A stretch of 64,000 nt of DNA from Arenicellales bacterium (GTDB lineage Bacteria > Pseudomonadota > Gammaproteobacteria > Arenicellales > Poriferihabitantaceae): contig OZ220708.1 of NCBI GenBank assembly GCA_965116595.1, forward strand, positions 1,460,596-1,524,595, given 5' to 3'. Shown piece by piece: positions 20,386 through 29,290 of this stretch. Numbering within the stretch: the first letter of the stretch is position 1; the number at the start of each line of letters is the position of its first letter. Made by a program: the position numbers and the translations under genes. The notes below the pieces were generated by a model that had not been told where the DNA came from, did not search any database, and saw only the letters and a program-made list of their open reading frames with translations.

Positions 20386-21524
20386 TCGGGTATGGCCTGG
20401 GCGGCCTGGCTGCCGGTCTTGGCTTTTATTCGGCTTCGACGGTCTGGGCGCTTTGCCTGTTTCCGGTGGGACTTCGATATGCCCCATCGATACCTCACAC
20501 CGTGGGTATCGCGATCACATTCAACCTGGTCGCAGGCTTCGGATTGCTGCCCGGCATCCATACGTTATCAAACGACCTGGTTACCGCATTGTCTGCCTGG
20601 GTCATACCCGCGCTGTTACTCTCTGTTCCGTTTGCGCTGGTCCGAACCATGCCATGGACTGGCGTGATGGCGGCGCTGGTGCTGATGACATTGCCGCCGC
20701 TCGGCATCATCGGGCTGCCAAGCCCCCTGATCGTAGCCGGCGCCATCCTGCCCGGCGCCGGTTTTGCCGGGTTGGCCTCGATTCTCGTGTTGTTCCAACT
20801 GCTTTACTCCCTGTCCGTTCCAAAACAGGCGGGAGCAGGCTTGATGCTCGCACTGATCGGAATCTCATCATGCGGCGGTATCGGCGGTGCCGACAGCACG
20901 GTATCCCATCAGGCCCCCCGTTTTACCGGAATCGATATGCGGCTGAATAAATCCTTGAGCGCGGACCCGGATTATATCGCTGATTATCAATCCCAAAGCC
21001 GGATCCCGGCGATCCTGAATAACACGAAACCATCCGCCCCGATACCGTTATTTCCTGAAGCAATGGCAGGACGGTTGACTGGCACGGCACAGGCCAGGCT
21101 GCGCTCATTCGCTGCCGCCGCCAACCGTGATTTCATTGCCGGGGGAGAAGAATTCACGGATTCGGGTCAATACAACAATATCCTGGCGCACGTTTCGGCG
21201 GGGAATATCGATATTCTCTATCGACAACGCATGCCTGCGCCCTGGTTCATGTGGCGCGGAGGCATGGACGGATTCTTCAAAGCCGATTTGACCCGCCCCG
21301 GTACATTCGTATTCGATGGCATCAATGCGGGGGCATTGATCTGCTACGAAATTGCGCTCCCGTTGCTCATATTCCAGACGCACTGGAATGAGCCGGACAT
21401 GGTCCTGGTTGCCAGCAATCTGTGGTGGGGCAGTGAGACCAGGCTTCCGGATATCGTGCGACTGCACATCGCCGCCTGGTCAAGACTCTTTGGTGTGCCC
21501 TATATCTCGGCGATGAATGTTTGA
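20352..21524 (+). CDS. Membrane protein with C-terminal Lnt-like carbon-nitrogen hydrolase/acyltransferase domain (TraB-like position)
   Basis: 390 aa with about 6 N-terminal TM segments. 'GALICYEIALP' and 'VASNLWWGSE...AAWSRLFGVPYISAMN' resemble the catalytic-Cys and C-terminal blocks of apolipoprotein N-acyltransferase. Confidence 0.5.
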   Translation: MGCGYCPKRFLIGYGLGGLAAGLGFYSASTVWALCLFPVGLRYAPSIPHTVGIAITFNLVAGFGLLPGIHTLSNDLVTALSAWVIPALLLSVPFALVRTMPWTGVMAALVLMTLPPLGIIGLPSPLIVAGAILPGAGFAGLASILVLFQLLYSLSVPKQAGAGLMLALIGISSCGGIGGADSTVSHQAPRFTGIDMRLNKSLSADPDYIADYQSQSRIPAILNNTKPSAPIPLFPEAMAGRLTGTAQARLRSFAAAANRDFIAGGEEFTDSGQYNNILAHVSAGNIDILYRQRMPAPWFMWRGGMDGFFKADLTRPGTFVFDGINAGALICYEIALPLLIFQTHWNEPDMVLVASNLWWGSETRLPDIVRLHIAAWSRLFGVPYISAMNV

Positions 21525-21593
21525 TAAGCCGATAGAACCCGATCAAGAGTTGATGGTGCGCTCGATCTGTGATTAGATTGACATGGTTCTTCG

Positions 21594-22439
21594 ATGATCC
21601 ACCAGGGGGAAAATAAAATGTGTGATATCAACGGTTGCGGCAGCCACCAGGAAATGTTGCCGATCCAGGTTACCGATACCGAGCGCCGCCTGTTTCTCAA
21701 GGGACTGTTAACCCTGCCACTGGCCACAGTCCTGGCATATCCCGAGCTCAGCCGTGCAGCGGCAAGCGGTACCGAAACCATCAGCCTCACCACCCGGGGC
21801 GGTCAGACAGTCTCTGCCGCCATTGCCTGGCCGGATGCGCCGAAGGCGCCGGCCGTGCTCCTCATTCATGAATGGTGGGGGCTGAATGACCATATCAAGT
21901 CCGTGGCCGCGGAACTGGCCCAACTCGGTTATGTGGCCCTGGCTGTGGACCTCTACAAGGGTAAAGCGGCCACCACCCCGGACGACGCCCGGGCGCTTAT
22001 GCAAAAAGTGGATGGCGCCTCGGCCACCGATACCCTGGCCAGTTGGGTTGGCTTCCTGAAAAACCATGAAGCCACCAACGGCAAGGTGGGCACCGTCGGC
22101 TGGTGTTTCGGCGGCGGTTGGTCACTCAACGCCTCACTGGCGGCGCCGGTGGACGCCACCGTGATCTACTACGGCAATGTCAAGAAGGACGCCTCCGACC
22201 TGGCTTCCCTGCAAAGTCCAGTACTCGGACACTTCGCAACCCGTGACGGCTGGATCGACAAGAGCATGGTGAATGGCTTCGAGGCCGCGATGGAGGCCGC
22301 TGGCAAATCGGACCTGACCGTACACTGGTACAAGGCGGATCATGCATTCGCCAACCCTACCAGCGCCCGTTATGACGCAGAAGAGGCCGCACTCTCCTGG
22401 GAACGCACCACGGCTTTTTTCAGGCAGCACCTGTCCTGA
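21594..22439 (+). CDS. Dienelactone hydrolase family protein with Tat signal
   Basis: 281 aa. Twin-arginine 'ERRLFLKGLLTLPLATVLA', 'LLIHEWWGLNDHI', nucleophile elbow 'GWCFGGG', and a C-terminal 'ADHAF'. Confidence 0.85.
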   Translation: MIHQGENKMCDINGCGSHQEMLPIQVTDTERRLFLKGLLTLPLATVLAYPELSRAAASGTETISLTTRGGQTVSAAIAWPDAPKAPAVLLIHEWWGLNDHIKSVAAELAQLGYVALAVDLYKGKAATTPDDARALMQKVDGASATDTLASWVGFLKNHEATNGKVGTVGWCFGGGWSLNASLAAPVDATVIYYGNVKKDASDLASLQSPVLGHFATRDGWIDKSMVNGFEAAMEAAGKSDLTVHWYKADHAFANPTSARYDAEEAALSWERTTAFFRQHLS

Positions 22440-22465
22440 GAACCGGAACCTCGTCTTGACGCAGC

Positions 22466-22534
22466 GGCGCTCCCGTCACGCCGGAACGCGCGGGCGCTCC
22501 CGTCACGCCGAAACGCGCGGGCACGCCCCCGTCA
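22466..22534. repeat. Short tandem direct repeat (27-nt unit x2 plus partial third)
   Basis: 'ggcgctcccgtcacgccggaacgcgcg' / 'ggcgctcccgtcacgccgaaacgcgcg' / 'ggcacgcccccgtca', directly after the hydrolase stop. Confidence 0.7.
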
Positions 22535-22636
22535 AAACGTTATGATAAAAGCGTTTTTGAACCGACCGGTGTCAACAGCCGTAAAATGATAGCGAATCCG
22601 TTTGCATCCGGTGGTTTTAGATGATACTGTAAACCG

Positions 22637-22990
22637 ATGAAAAAAGAATTCGCTACAATCACCACATTGCGGCTCGATCGCCAGCATAAGGATAAACTTG
22701 AAAGGATCATCAATGCACAGATGCGGGTCACGGCCAGAACGCAGGCTGGCGCTATCCGACAGATGATCGGGAAATGGGAAGCCCTGATTACCGAAATAGA
22801 CAGGCTGGAATCCGATAACCGGGCATTACGCACGGAAAATCAGGATTTAACAGAGATGATCGAATCGCATGTGACCACCGTCCATGCCATGCAGGCCGTA
22901 TTTGAACGCAAGCGCCGGCTCCCGGATGAGGTTGACCCGGCGGGGGAGATTCTCTCAGATGATCCGGGCAAAGGTCGGGAGAACGATTGA
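22637..22990 (+). CDS. Hypothetical coiled-coil protein
   Basis: 117 aa ORF with heptad-like 'ITEIDRLESDNRALRTENQDLTEMIE'. No recognisable family. Confidence 0.35.
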   Translation: MKKEFATITTLRLDRQHKDKLERIINAQMRVTARTQAGAIRQMIGKWEALITEIDRLESDNRALRTENQDLTEMIESHVTTVHAMQAVFERKRRLPDEVDPAGEILSDDPGKGREND

Positions 22991-23000
22991 CCTTCAAGCC

Positions 23001-23130
23001 GCCGCCGTGGGCAGCCACAGGGGGATTGCCCCTATGATCAAGGGAGCGGGGATTGATCATCAACCGTATCCGCCATCATCCACCGCCGCGGGCAACCACG
23101 GGAGTGTCTCGGAAGGCCCTTATGCGGATG
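23001..23130. repeat. Two REP-like GC-rich elements (family copies)
   Basis: 'gccgccgtgggcagccacagggggattgcccctatgatcaagggagcgggg' and 'ccgccgcgggcaaccacgggagtgtctcggaaggcccttatgcgg'. Same family as 17881-17925. Confidence 0.55.
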
Positions 23131-23142
23131 GCAAGCGGAAAA

Positions 23143-23292
23143 TCAGATCCAATTATCAAGGCGTAGACCCTCTACGCGCTCGAACTCTTGCAAGTGATTC
23201 GTCACCAGCGTCAAGCCTGCACATCTCGCATGGCTGGCAATATGCAAGTCGTTAACGTCAATGGATGTGCCTTTGCGTTCCAGCACCGCCCG
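23143..23292 (-). pseudogene. C-terminal remnant of a VapC/PIN-domain toxin
   Basis: The minus-strand translation 'RAVLERKGTSIDVNDLHIASHARCAGLTLVTNHLQEFERVEGLRLDNWI*' is a typical VapC C-terminus. It is bounded upstream by an in-frame stop, and the N-terminal PIN part is absent. Confidence 0.65.
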
Positions 23293-23382
23293 TCAACCGT
23301 AGATCCCACGTTAACGGAGGCAGACCTGCTTTGCCAACTGATTCGATACTGCCTAGGCCAACCTCTGGAGGCCATTTGTCAA

Positions 23383-23631
23383 CTAACTAAGACGTCGTAT
23401 GAACCATCGACCATACTTTCGATTGGGGCGCTGCTCCTGGCCTTGAATGAGCTCTCTTCGAAGTAGATTTCTTAATGGCCGACCAGGTCTGTGGGGGTCA
23501 TCGCGCAGCAACCCGGCTTCATCAAGCCAACAGGCCGCATCAACCGCACTGACTTCTATCCACCCTCCATCCCTTAAGGCGTGTTTGCAGGTGGCAATTG
23601 ATGGCATGGTAATTGGACATGGGTAACTCAA
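23383..23631 (-). CDS. Hypothetical small protein (possible wHTH), last gene of the Dam/DGQHR operon
   Basis: 82 aa, 55 nt downstream of the 456-aa gene on the same strand. Basic C-terminus 'RPLRNLLRRELIQGQEQRPNRKYGRWFIRRL'. Confidence 0.4.
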   Translation of the reverse strand: MSYPCPITMPSIATCKHALRDGGWIEVSAVDAACWLDEAGLLRDDPHRPGRPLRNLLRRELIQGQEQRPNRKYGRWFIRRLS

Positions 23632-23686
23632 TGTGAAGGCTTATTGATCAAGAAGACATTACGGAATCGGAAGTGGAAATGCGACT

Positions 23687-25057
23687 TCAAACACCCCAAA
23701 GAAATATACGTTCCGATGTTGTCAGAAACGCCGCCGGAGCGGCAGATTCAGAATTAGCAAACCACAAAGAGTGATGACAATCAGGGTCGTTTGGTGGCTG
23801 AGTCGATTGTTGTACATCTACTAAAGCCTCGCTGACATCCTGCCAGAGGTCGGCAAAATTATCAGGGGCATTATTCTTGGGCCAAAGACGTCTGCGAATG
23901 GCAGTATCCATCCACCAAAATTCTAAATCTTTGTGCAAATCAGTTCCGCTTTCGTTTAACAAGTTTGAAAGCGACCCTGTCGCGACACGGAGCAAAAGCG
24001 TGGCTCTGGCCAAAACCTGTTGTGAATGATTGAGATGTGTCGGTTGGTCAGTACGACCTGCTGCCAACAGCAGTTCAGGTTTATTTTCGTCAGTTTCAAA
24101 TTCAAGAAACATCTTTAGTCTTCTTGCTTCCGAATCAGGCAACGATTGAGTATTTACCAGATTGGAAATTTGATGCCTGTACTTGCGTCTCGCTTGTTTC
24201 GGGGATCGTCCAGTCATGTTTGTAAAGAGCATCTCAACGGCTAAGCGAAGAAGGTGAAGATCTAAGGATGAAAATCCGCCGTGAGCATCTGGGCTACATA
24301 TTTCCCAAAGTTCCGTTACAGTCTTCACTGTTTCTGCGATTGGTCGTGGACCGGACGAGACAAAGGCCGAAGGCCGATAGCTGACGAGATTTCTCGCGTT
24401 TTTATCATCTGTCAAACGAGAAAGATCAAGCCCCCATGTTTTCAACCACTCGTCTGCCACAAATCCTGGGCTACCACCGAAATGGTCCAACCAGTCCTTA
24501 AGTGTAATGCCGGCAGGTCGTATTGCCTTGAAAAGCGTCGCAGAGCTTTTAGACAAACCAGCCCAACATTCCAGAGCTTGCCAAGTCAGTACATGCGTTC
24601 GTTCGCTGAGTAACGATCGACACTTTTGATTCTCCATGACGACGATGTGGTCGTGGTTAAAGATGCCAACACCTTCGCCTGCCATAATGGAAAAAGCCGC
24701 TCGCAATTCGGCGTAATACCCGAGATGGCGCGCAGTATCAGGGTCGCCGGACATTTCCGCCTCCAGAGCCCGCGCAAGAAATGACCAGCCGTCATAACAA
24801 TGCACAATCGCGGAACCAGCCACATATTCGATAAGTTCGGAATGTATGAATTGATCATGGTTTTTGCTATCCGCACTAATCTTCTTCGCTGCATCATGGA
24901 GATATCGATTAGACTTGGGTAGCCATTCACTGTCGTTGCGCCATTGTTTTTGAAGTCGGGACATCGCTTCTTGTATTTGCGACCGACTTGCTTCTATCAA
25001 GCCCCTCTCAATTTTATTCGCCTTCTCAATTTCTTTCTGTTGGTTTCTTGAAGTCAT
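23687..25057 (-). CDS. Hypothetical 456-aa protein, translationally coupled to the DGQHR protein
   Basis: Long uninterrupted ORF in AT-rich DNA. Its start overlaps the stop of the upstream gene by 1 nt at 25057. I can assign no motif. Confidence 0.6.
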   Translation of the reverse strand: MTSRNQQKEIEKANKIERGLIEASRSQIQEAMSRLQKQWRNDSEWLPKSNRYLHDAAKKISADSKNHDQFIHSELIEYVAGSAIVHCYDGWSFLARALEAEMSGDPDTARHLGYYAELRAAFSIMAGEGVGIFNHDHIVVMENQKCRSLLSERTHVLTWQALECWAGLSKSSATLFKAIRPAGITLKDWLDHFGGSPGFVADEWLKTWGLDLSRLTDDKNARNLVSYRPSAFVSSGPRPIAETVKTVTELWEICSPDAHGGFSSLDLHLLRLAVEMLFTNMTGRSPKQARRKYRHQISNLVNTQSLPDSEARRLKMFLEFETDENKPELLLAAGRTDQPTHLNHSQQVLARATLLLRVATGSLSNLLNESGTDLHKDLEFWWMDTAIRRRLWPKNNAPDNFADLWQDVSEALVDVQQSTQPPNDPDCHHSLWFANSESAAPAAFLTTSERIFLWGV

Positions 25058-26598
25058 CAGACGTAATTTAGTGCCTGCTGTACACTCTCTGCGGTTTCCT
25101 TCAACAAGCTGTCGTCACAGTTTGTTATATGGCTTAGCACATGTTTGCGCAGTTCCTTGTATCCACCGCTGCCCCTGAACGAGGCCTTCAATGTTCTTAC
25201 GTCGTCATTCAGGCCCGATGCATTGGATGCGCGCCAATCGTATGTGGCCAATACAGCGGCAAGCCTGGTCATGAATTCGGAAACCTCAGAATTTGCTCTC
25301 AATGAATTGATAGCTGATGCGATGCGCGGATCGTGCTCATCATCATTCTCTTCTTCCTGATTGTCCGCTCCCCAAAAGGAAATAAGGTTTAAGTCATCTG
25401 CATTCTGGAAGAAAAAGTCGTTGACGATCTGTAAAAGCGTACGAATTCCCTGGTCTTGGTTTAAGAGGTTGTTGGGACCAAAAAAGGCAGGGTCAGGTTG
25501 GTTTTCACTTCTCTTGCCTCTTAAAGATTGAGCCCACTCACCCTCTGTATCTTTTATGGCTTGTTGAATATCTTGTCCCATAAAGATCAAAAAGGCTGCC
25601 TGTTCCGAAAGACCCCAGGCCAAAACCATCTTGTCGTCTCCCACCTTGGATCCGAAAATGCCTCCGATACGTATTCTCTGTCCCTCCCAACTCTTCACGA
25701 AGGAATATATAAGAGATCGGACCCAGGAAGATTGGTTTACCATTAATCCTTTGCTGCCGGTCTCCCCGAGCATGTTGATGCGGTGATACCAAGGGCTCTC
25801 AGGGTATGACCATAGTTTGTCAACCAATTCTTGTGATCGGATTTCCCGGTAGATGGCATGTCCTTCGAACTTCTCCAACCATTTTTCTGTTCTGAGAAGG
25901 GGATACAAATCAAAGGCTAAACTCGCATTTATTTTTTTCGGTTTTATGTTAATCGTGTAAAACAAATAAGCCTGCCAGCTAAGGTCGAGACCTATGAAAG
26001 CGACAACTGGCAACTCATACTCCCCGTGCAAATCAGCATCATCGAACGCCCATAGCCGATGTTGACCGTCAATGACTTCGATGGGATGAAGTGTCTCAGG
26101 CTTCCAGCTCTCATCGGTAAATCCTTGAGGGAGAAATAACGTAGCGATATCATTCTCACCATCCTGAATTTCGATCAGGTCGGAGCCAACAATCTGTTTC
26201 TGACCTCTGTTATCTCCCGAAACGAGTATGTTCACGACAATGGACGTAGGTAGCCACCCCGGCTGCCTGAGATCATTAAATTCTCTGGTTTTCCTCTTGG
26301 CTTGGCTTAAGCTGGACCATGGGTAGCCGTACCTGACGAACTCTCCGATTTCTCTGGAACGTTGTTTGTTCAGTTGTCTTTGGATTCCAAGATCGTCTGT
26401 CGAATTAGCTCTGTCTGTGGTACGGGCGTATACGCCACTCAGTTTTCGCAGGGATCTCGCCGACAATTTGAACTGATAAAACCAGTGTGGAGGCTCGCTC
26501 CGATGTTCGGTCGGATCCCAGTGGATATCGTCCCATTCGGAAGCCCACTGTTTTACCTTCAGCGCATGAATTTGCCTCGGTGGGTTTATTGCAACCAT
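25057..26598 (-). CDS. DGQHR-domain protein (DndB-like, ParB/Srx superfamily)
   Basis: 513 aa. The literal motif 'IEVIDGQHRLWAF', preceded by 'REIGEFVRYG...LPTSIVVNI' as in DndB-like proteins. Strong SD 'aaggag' 7 nt upstream of the ATG. Confidence 0.8.
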   Translation of the reverse strand: MVAINPPRQIHALKVKQWASEWDDIHWDPTEHRSEPPHWFYQFKLSARSLRKLSGVYARTTDRANSTDDLGIQRQLNKQRSREIGEFVRYGYPWSSLSQAKRKTREFNDLRQPGWLPTSIVVNILVSGDNRGQKQIVGSDLIEIQDGENDIATLFLPQGFTDESWKPETLHPIEVIDGQHRLWAFDDADLHGEYELPVVAFIGLDLSWQAYLFYTINIKPKKINASLAFDLYPLLRTEKWLEKFEGHAIYREIRSQELVDKLWSYPESPWYHRINMLGETGSKGLMVNQSSWVRSLIYSFVKSWEGQRIRIGGIFGSKVGDDKMVLAWGLSEQAAFLIFMGQDIQQAIKDTEGEWAQSLRGKRSENQPDPAFFGPNNLLNQDQGIRTLLQIVNDFFFQNADDLNLISFWGADNQEEENDDEHDPRIASAINSLRANSEVSEFMTRLAAVLATYDWRASNASGLNDDVRTLKASFRGSGGYKELRKHVLSHITNCDDSLLKETAESVQQALNYV

Positions 26599-26680
26599 CT
26601 AATTTCTCCTTGTAAAAATAGTTGGATTCAGTATCTGGACATCTCATCTGGCTCCACCAATGCCGGACAACGAATGCGTA

Positions 26681-27487
26681 TTAGTCGGTAACAAGCAACT
26701 CAGTTGTTTGTGATCGGTGAATTGATCGTGCAGCAATCACGCTATGTCGTTCCAAGCTCTGGTGTTTTCCAAATCCCGCATACAACTCCCTCACACTTTC
26801 GTGGTCGGCGTTTGTCATTGCAAATGATGCCCCACGCTCTATAGCACGTTTTAGAGCATTGCACAGTCGAATCTGATCCTTCCAGGCAAAGATATTCTGG
26901 TTATACTGCACGAAGCCGTTCATATTGTGTCGTACGGTGTAAGGCGGGTCAACAAAAACAAAGTCACCCTCTTCCATCTCATTGATAGCTTCCTCGAAAT
27001 CAATACATTCAATTCGGGTATTGGCTAATGAACGTGACCAAACCTGAAAGTCATCATCCTCGAATATGACGGTCTGCTTCTTTCCTATTGGGACATTGAA
27101 TTGACCTTTGAGATTCTCCCGGTAGAGACCATTCCAGCAAGTCCGGTTGAGATACAGGAATTGTGCAGCTCTTGCGGCAGGCTTTCTAAAGTTCTGCTTC
27201 CGCAACTCGTAGTAGTAGTCCTTGGAATGACATAGAGCGTGCTTTCTAAGCAAATCTTCAAATTTCCCCGGTTCATCGCGGATAACGACATACAGTTCAA
27301 TCAGTCGTTTGTTCGAGTCGCTCAGAATGGCATTCTTGGGCTGGGTTTTGAAGAATACTGCTCCACCACCCAGAAACGGTTCAAAATATCGCCCCATGAA
27401 GTCAGGCAAGGTAAATTGTCCGCTCTGTAAAAGCCAACGCTTTCCACCGGCCCATTTCAAGAATGGTTTTAATGGCTTCGTCATCAT
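26681..27487 (-). CDS. Dam-like N6-adenine DNA methyltransferase (D12 class)
   Basis: 268 aa. 'FLKWAGGKRWLL', AdoMet motif 'FEPFLGGGAVFF', catalytic 'FVDPPYTV'. Confidence 0.85.
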   Translation of the reverse strand: MMTKPLKPFLKWAGGKRWLLQSGQFTLPDFMGRYFEPFLGGGAVFFKTQPKNAILSDSNKRLIELYVVIRDEPGKFEDLLRKHALCHSKDYYYELRKQNFRKPAARAAQFLYLNRTCWNGLYRENLKGQFNVPIGKKQTVIFEDDDFQVWSRSLANTRIECIDFEEAINEMEEGDFVFVDPPYTVRHNMNGFVQYNQNIFAWKDQIRLCNALKRAIERGASFAMTNADHESVRELYAGFGKHQSLERHSVIAARSIHRSQTTELLVTD

Positions 27488-27569
27488 TGCTCTTGATCAA
27501 TGCCCCCATTTTTAAAAAGGAGAATTACCCGCATGTATCTTTGGTATTCAGGTTTCATGAGCTTACCGG

Positions 27570-28181
27570 TTATGGCGCGACTCCTATCAGGACAAGTGGC
27601 ACGGCCGGCACCCCACGACCTTGCCGTATTACATTCAGAAGGTCGCGCTCATAATATGGTACGCCGCTGGACATTTCCTGTTCCAACGTCTTCATTGGCA
27701 GGATTTCAATTCCAACATCAATGATATCGGAAATATAGAAACTGAGGTGCTTGACGAACAGGTCATGCGCCACGAATGCATACTTTCCGAACTGAACTTC
27801 AACGGCCACCCGGTCCTTCACGAAATCAGTTTGGTTATAGGACATGATCGGTGTATGTCCGGCAGCCTTGATCGCTTCCCTTTGTTCCTGTTCCGAAAGG
27901 TTATAGATGCCGCGAAGTACTTTTTCGTCAGCAGTAACCCAGAATTGGTTACGACGCTCCATCCATCCGGTGTGCCCGAAACCATCTGCGAAGGCTTTGT
28001 TCATATCCTTTGGGGAAAAGAACAGCCTGCCTCCCGTTCTTTGCTCTTTGGAAACTTTGGTTTTGCACGCATAAGCATCCACAGTGGAAATTACATCAAG
28101 CACCTCGTCCCATAGTTCTTTCTTGTGAACGATCAGGTATTCCTCACCATTCAGGTGGGAATATCGTGCTGCAATTTTCAT
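27570..28181 (-). CDS. Type II restriction endonuclease, BglII/BstYI family
   Basis: 203 aa. 'DFVKDRVAVEVQFGKYAF' has the same D-x8-E-x-Q spacing as the BglII block 'DFGKRDTLVEVQFSNYPF'. It also has 'VGIEILP' and a C-terminal 'PLVLIGV'. Confidence 0.8.
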   Translation of the reverse strand: MKIAARYSHLNGEEYLIVHKKELWDEVLDVISTVDAYACKTKVSKEQRTGGRLFFSPKDMNKAFADGFGHTGWMERRNQFWVTADEKVLRGIYNLSEQEQREAIKAAGHTPIMSYNQTDFVKDRVAVEVQFGKYAFVAHDLFVKHLSFYISDIIDVGIEILPMKTLEQEMSSGVPYYERDLLNVIRQGRGVPAVPLVLIGVAP

Positions 28182-29062
28182 CAGTGCCCGCCTTTTGGCA
28201 AAGAGGGGTCGTAAATCGGCTTTCCCATCGGTCTTGTCTTCAGGCTTCCATCGAGCAACTGATCAATCCGGTTATGGGCAATCGAAATGTATTCTTCCAC
28301 AATATCGCACCCATACGCGCCGCGTCCGTGCTTCAGGGCGGCAATCGCCGCAGACCCGACACCAATATATGGATCGAACACCGCATCCCCTTCATCGGTC
28401 ATCGACAGAATCAAGCGTTCCACCAGTTCTACCGGGAACTGGCATGGGTGGATCGTCTTTTCAGGGTGATTGCTCTTCACGTTCGGAAACATCCAGACAT
28501 CACTCGGATTCTTCCCGTTAGGGTTGCAAGACAGCTTGCCGGCATTTGGTCCCTTGAAGTGTCTTTTCCCAGGATACTTCGACGGAACCCGAATCGGGTC
28601 AAGATTCCATGTGTAGTTGTCGCTCTTTGTCCACCAGTTGATCGTTTCGTAGCGACCAGACAGACGCCTGGTGCAGTGCAGCCCATGACCGAAATGCCAT
28701 ACTATGCGGTTGCGAAGCTTCAGACCGTGAGATGCGAAAACGGGATAGAGCAGCACATCCAGCGGCACAATCTCTCCGTTGTCCACATGGTTCCCTACCT
28801 GCCAACAAATTGACCCCTGATCGTGCAGAAGACGTACGCACTCGGCAATCACTCTTGTCTGCCCGTCGATATATTCATCCGTGGACAGACGCTTCTTCTC
28901 ATAGGTTTTGCCAAGATTGTATGGCGGCGAAGTGACTATCAGCTTGAACAGGCCATCCGGCAGGTTGGACATGAATTGCAGATTGTCACGGCATTCCATG
29001 ACGATTTCGGTCAAATCGGATTGGACAGCCAAAGCAGAGACAGTTTTTGGCATTCTACTCAT
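28181..29062 (-). CDS. DNA methyltransferase, beta-class N4-cytosine/N6-adenine (cognate of the BglII-like enzyme)
   Basis: 293 aa. The catalytic motif 'IVTSPPYNLGK' precedes the AdoMet motif 'VFDPYIGVGSAAIAA' (beta order). 1-nt overlap with the endonuclease gene. Confidence 0.85.
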   Translation of the reverse strand: MSRMPKTVSALAVQSDLTEIVMECRDNLQFMSNLPDGLFKLIVTSPPYNLGKTYEKKRLSTDEYIDGQTRVIAECVRLLHDQGSICWQVGNHVDNGEIVPLDVLLYPVFASHGLKLRNRIVWHFGHGLHCTRRLSGRYETINWWTKSDNYTWNLDPIRVPSKYPGKRHFKGPNAGKLSCNPNGKNPSDVWMFPNVKSNHPEKTIHPCQFPVELVERLILSMTDEGDAVFDPYIGVGSAAIAALKHGRGAYGCDIVEEYISIAHNRIDQLLDGSLKTRPMGKPIYDPSLPKGGH

Positions 29063-29289
29063 CTCCCCGTATTGTTGTCTGATATTTGCCCGGTCTCATA
29101 CCTGATTTCTTCAATGTCAAACAGGGAGTCCTGCACTGTCACCCGGTTCTCCTCTATATAGTCTCGCATGAATTCGCGCAACACTTGTGCCGCAGGCCTG
29201 TCCTGAGCGCGACAAACCGTCAGAAAGCGTTCGTGCAAACTGCTCTCGATACGAATCCGGAATCCTGCGTCTTTCCTCGGCATACTCAT
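29059..29289 (-). CDS. Ribbon-helix-helix (CopG/Arc-like) protein, possible controller of the R-M operon
   Basis: 'FRIRIESSLHERFLTVCRAQDRPAAQVLREFMRDYI' is an RHH pattern. 4-nt overlap with the methylase gene. The ATG at 29289 or 29283 is preferred over the GTG in the track. Confidence 0.55.
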   Translation of the reverse strand: MSMPRKDAGFRIRIESSLHERFLTVCRAQDRPAAQVLREFMRDYIEENRVTVQDSLFDIEEIRYETGQISDNNTGR

Positions 29290-29290
29290 A

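Noticed and set aside
22466-22534. Possible CRISPR-like or regulatory array
   Set aside because: It has only two and a half directly abutting 27-nt units with no spacers, and no cas genes are nearby. It is simply a short tandem duplication after the hydrolase stop codon. No CRISPR array is seen anywhere in the window.
28010-28813. 267-aa plus-strand ORF
   Set aside because: It is antisense to the SPPY methyltransferase and the BglII-like endonuclease genes, and has no motif.
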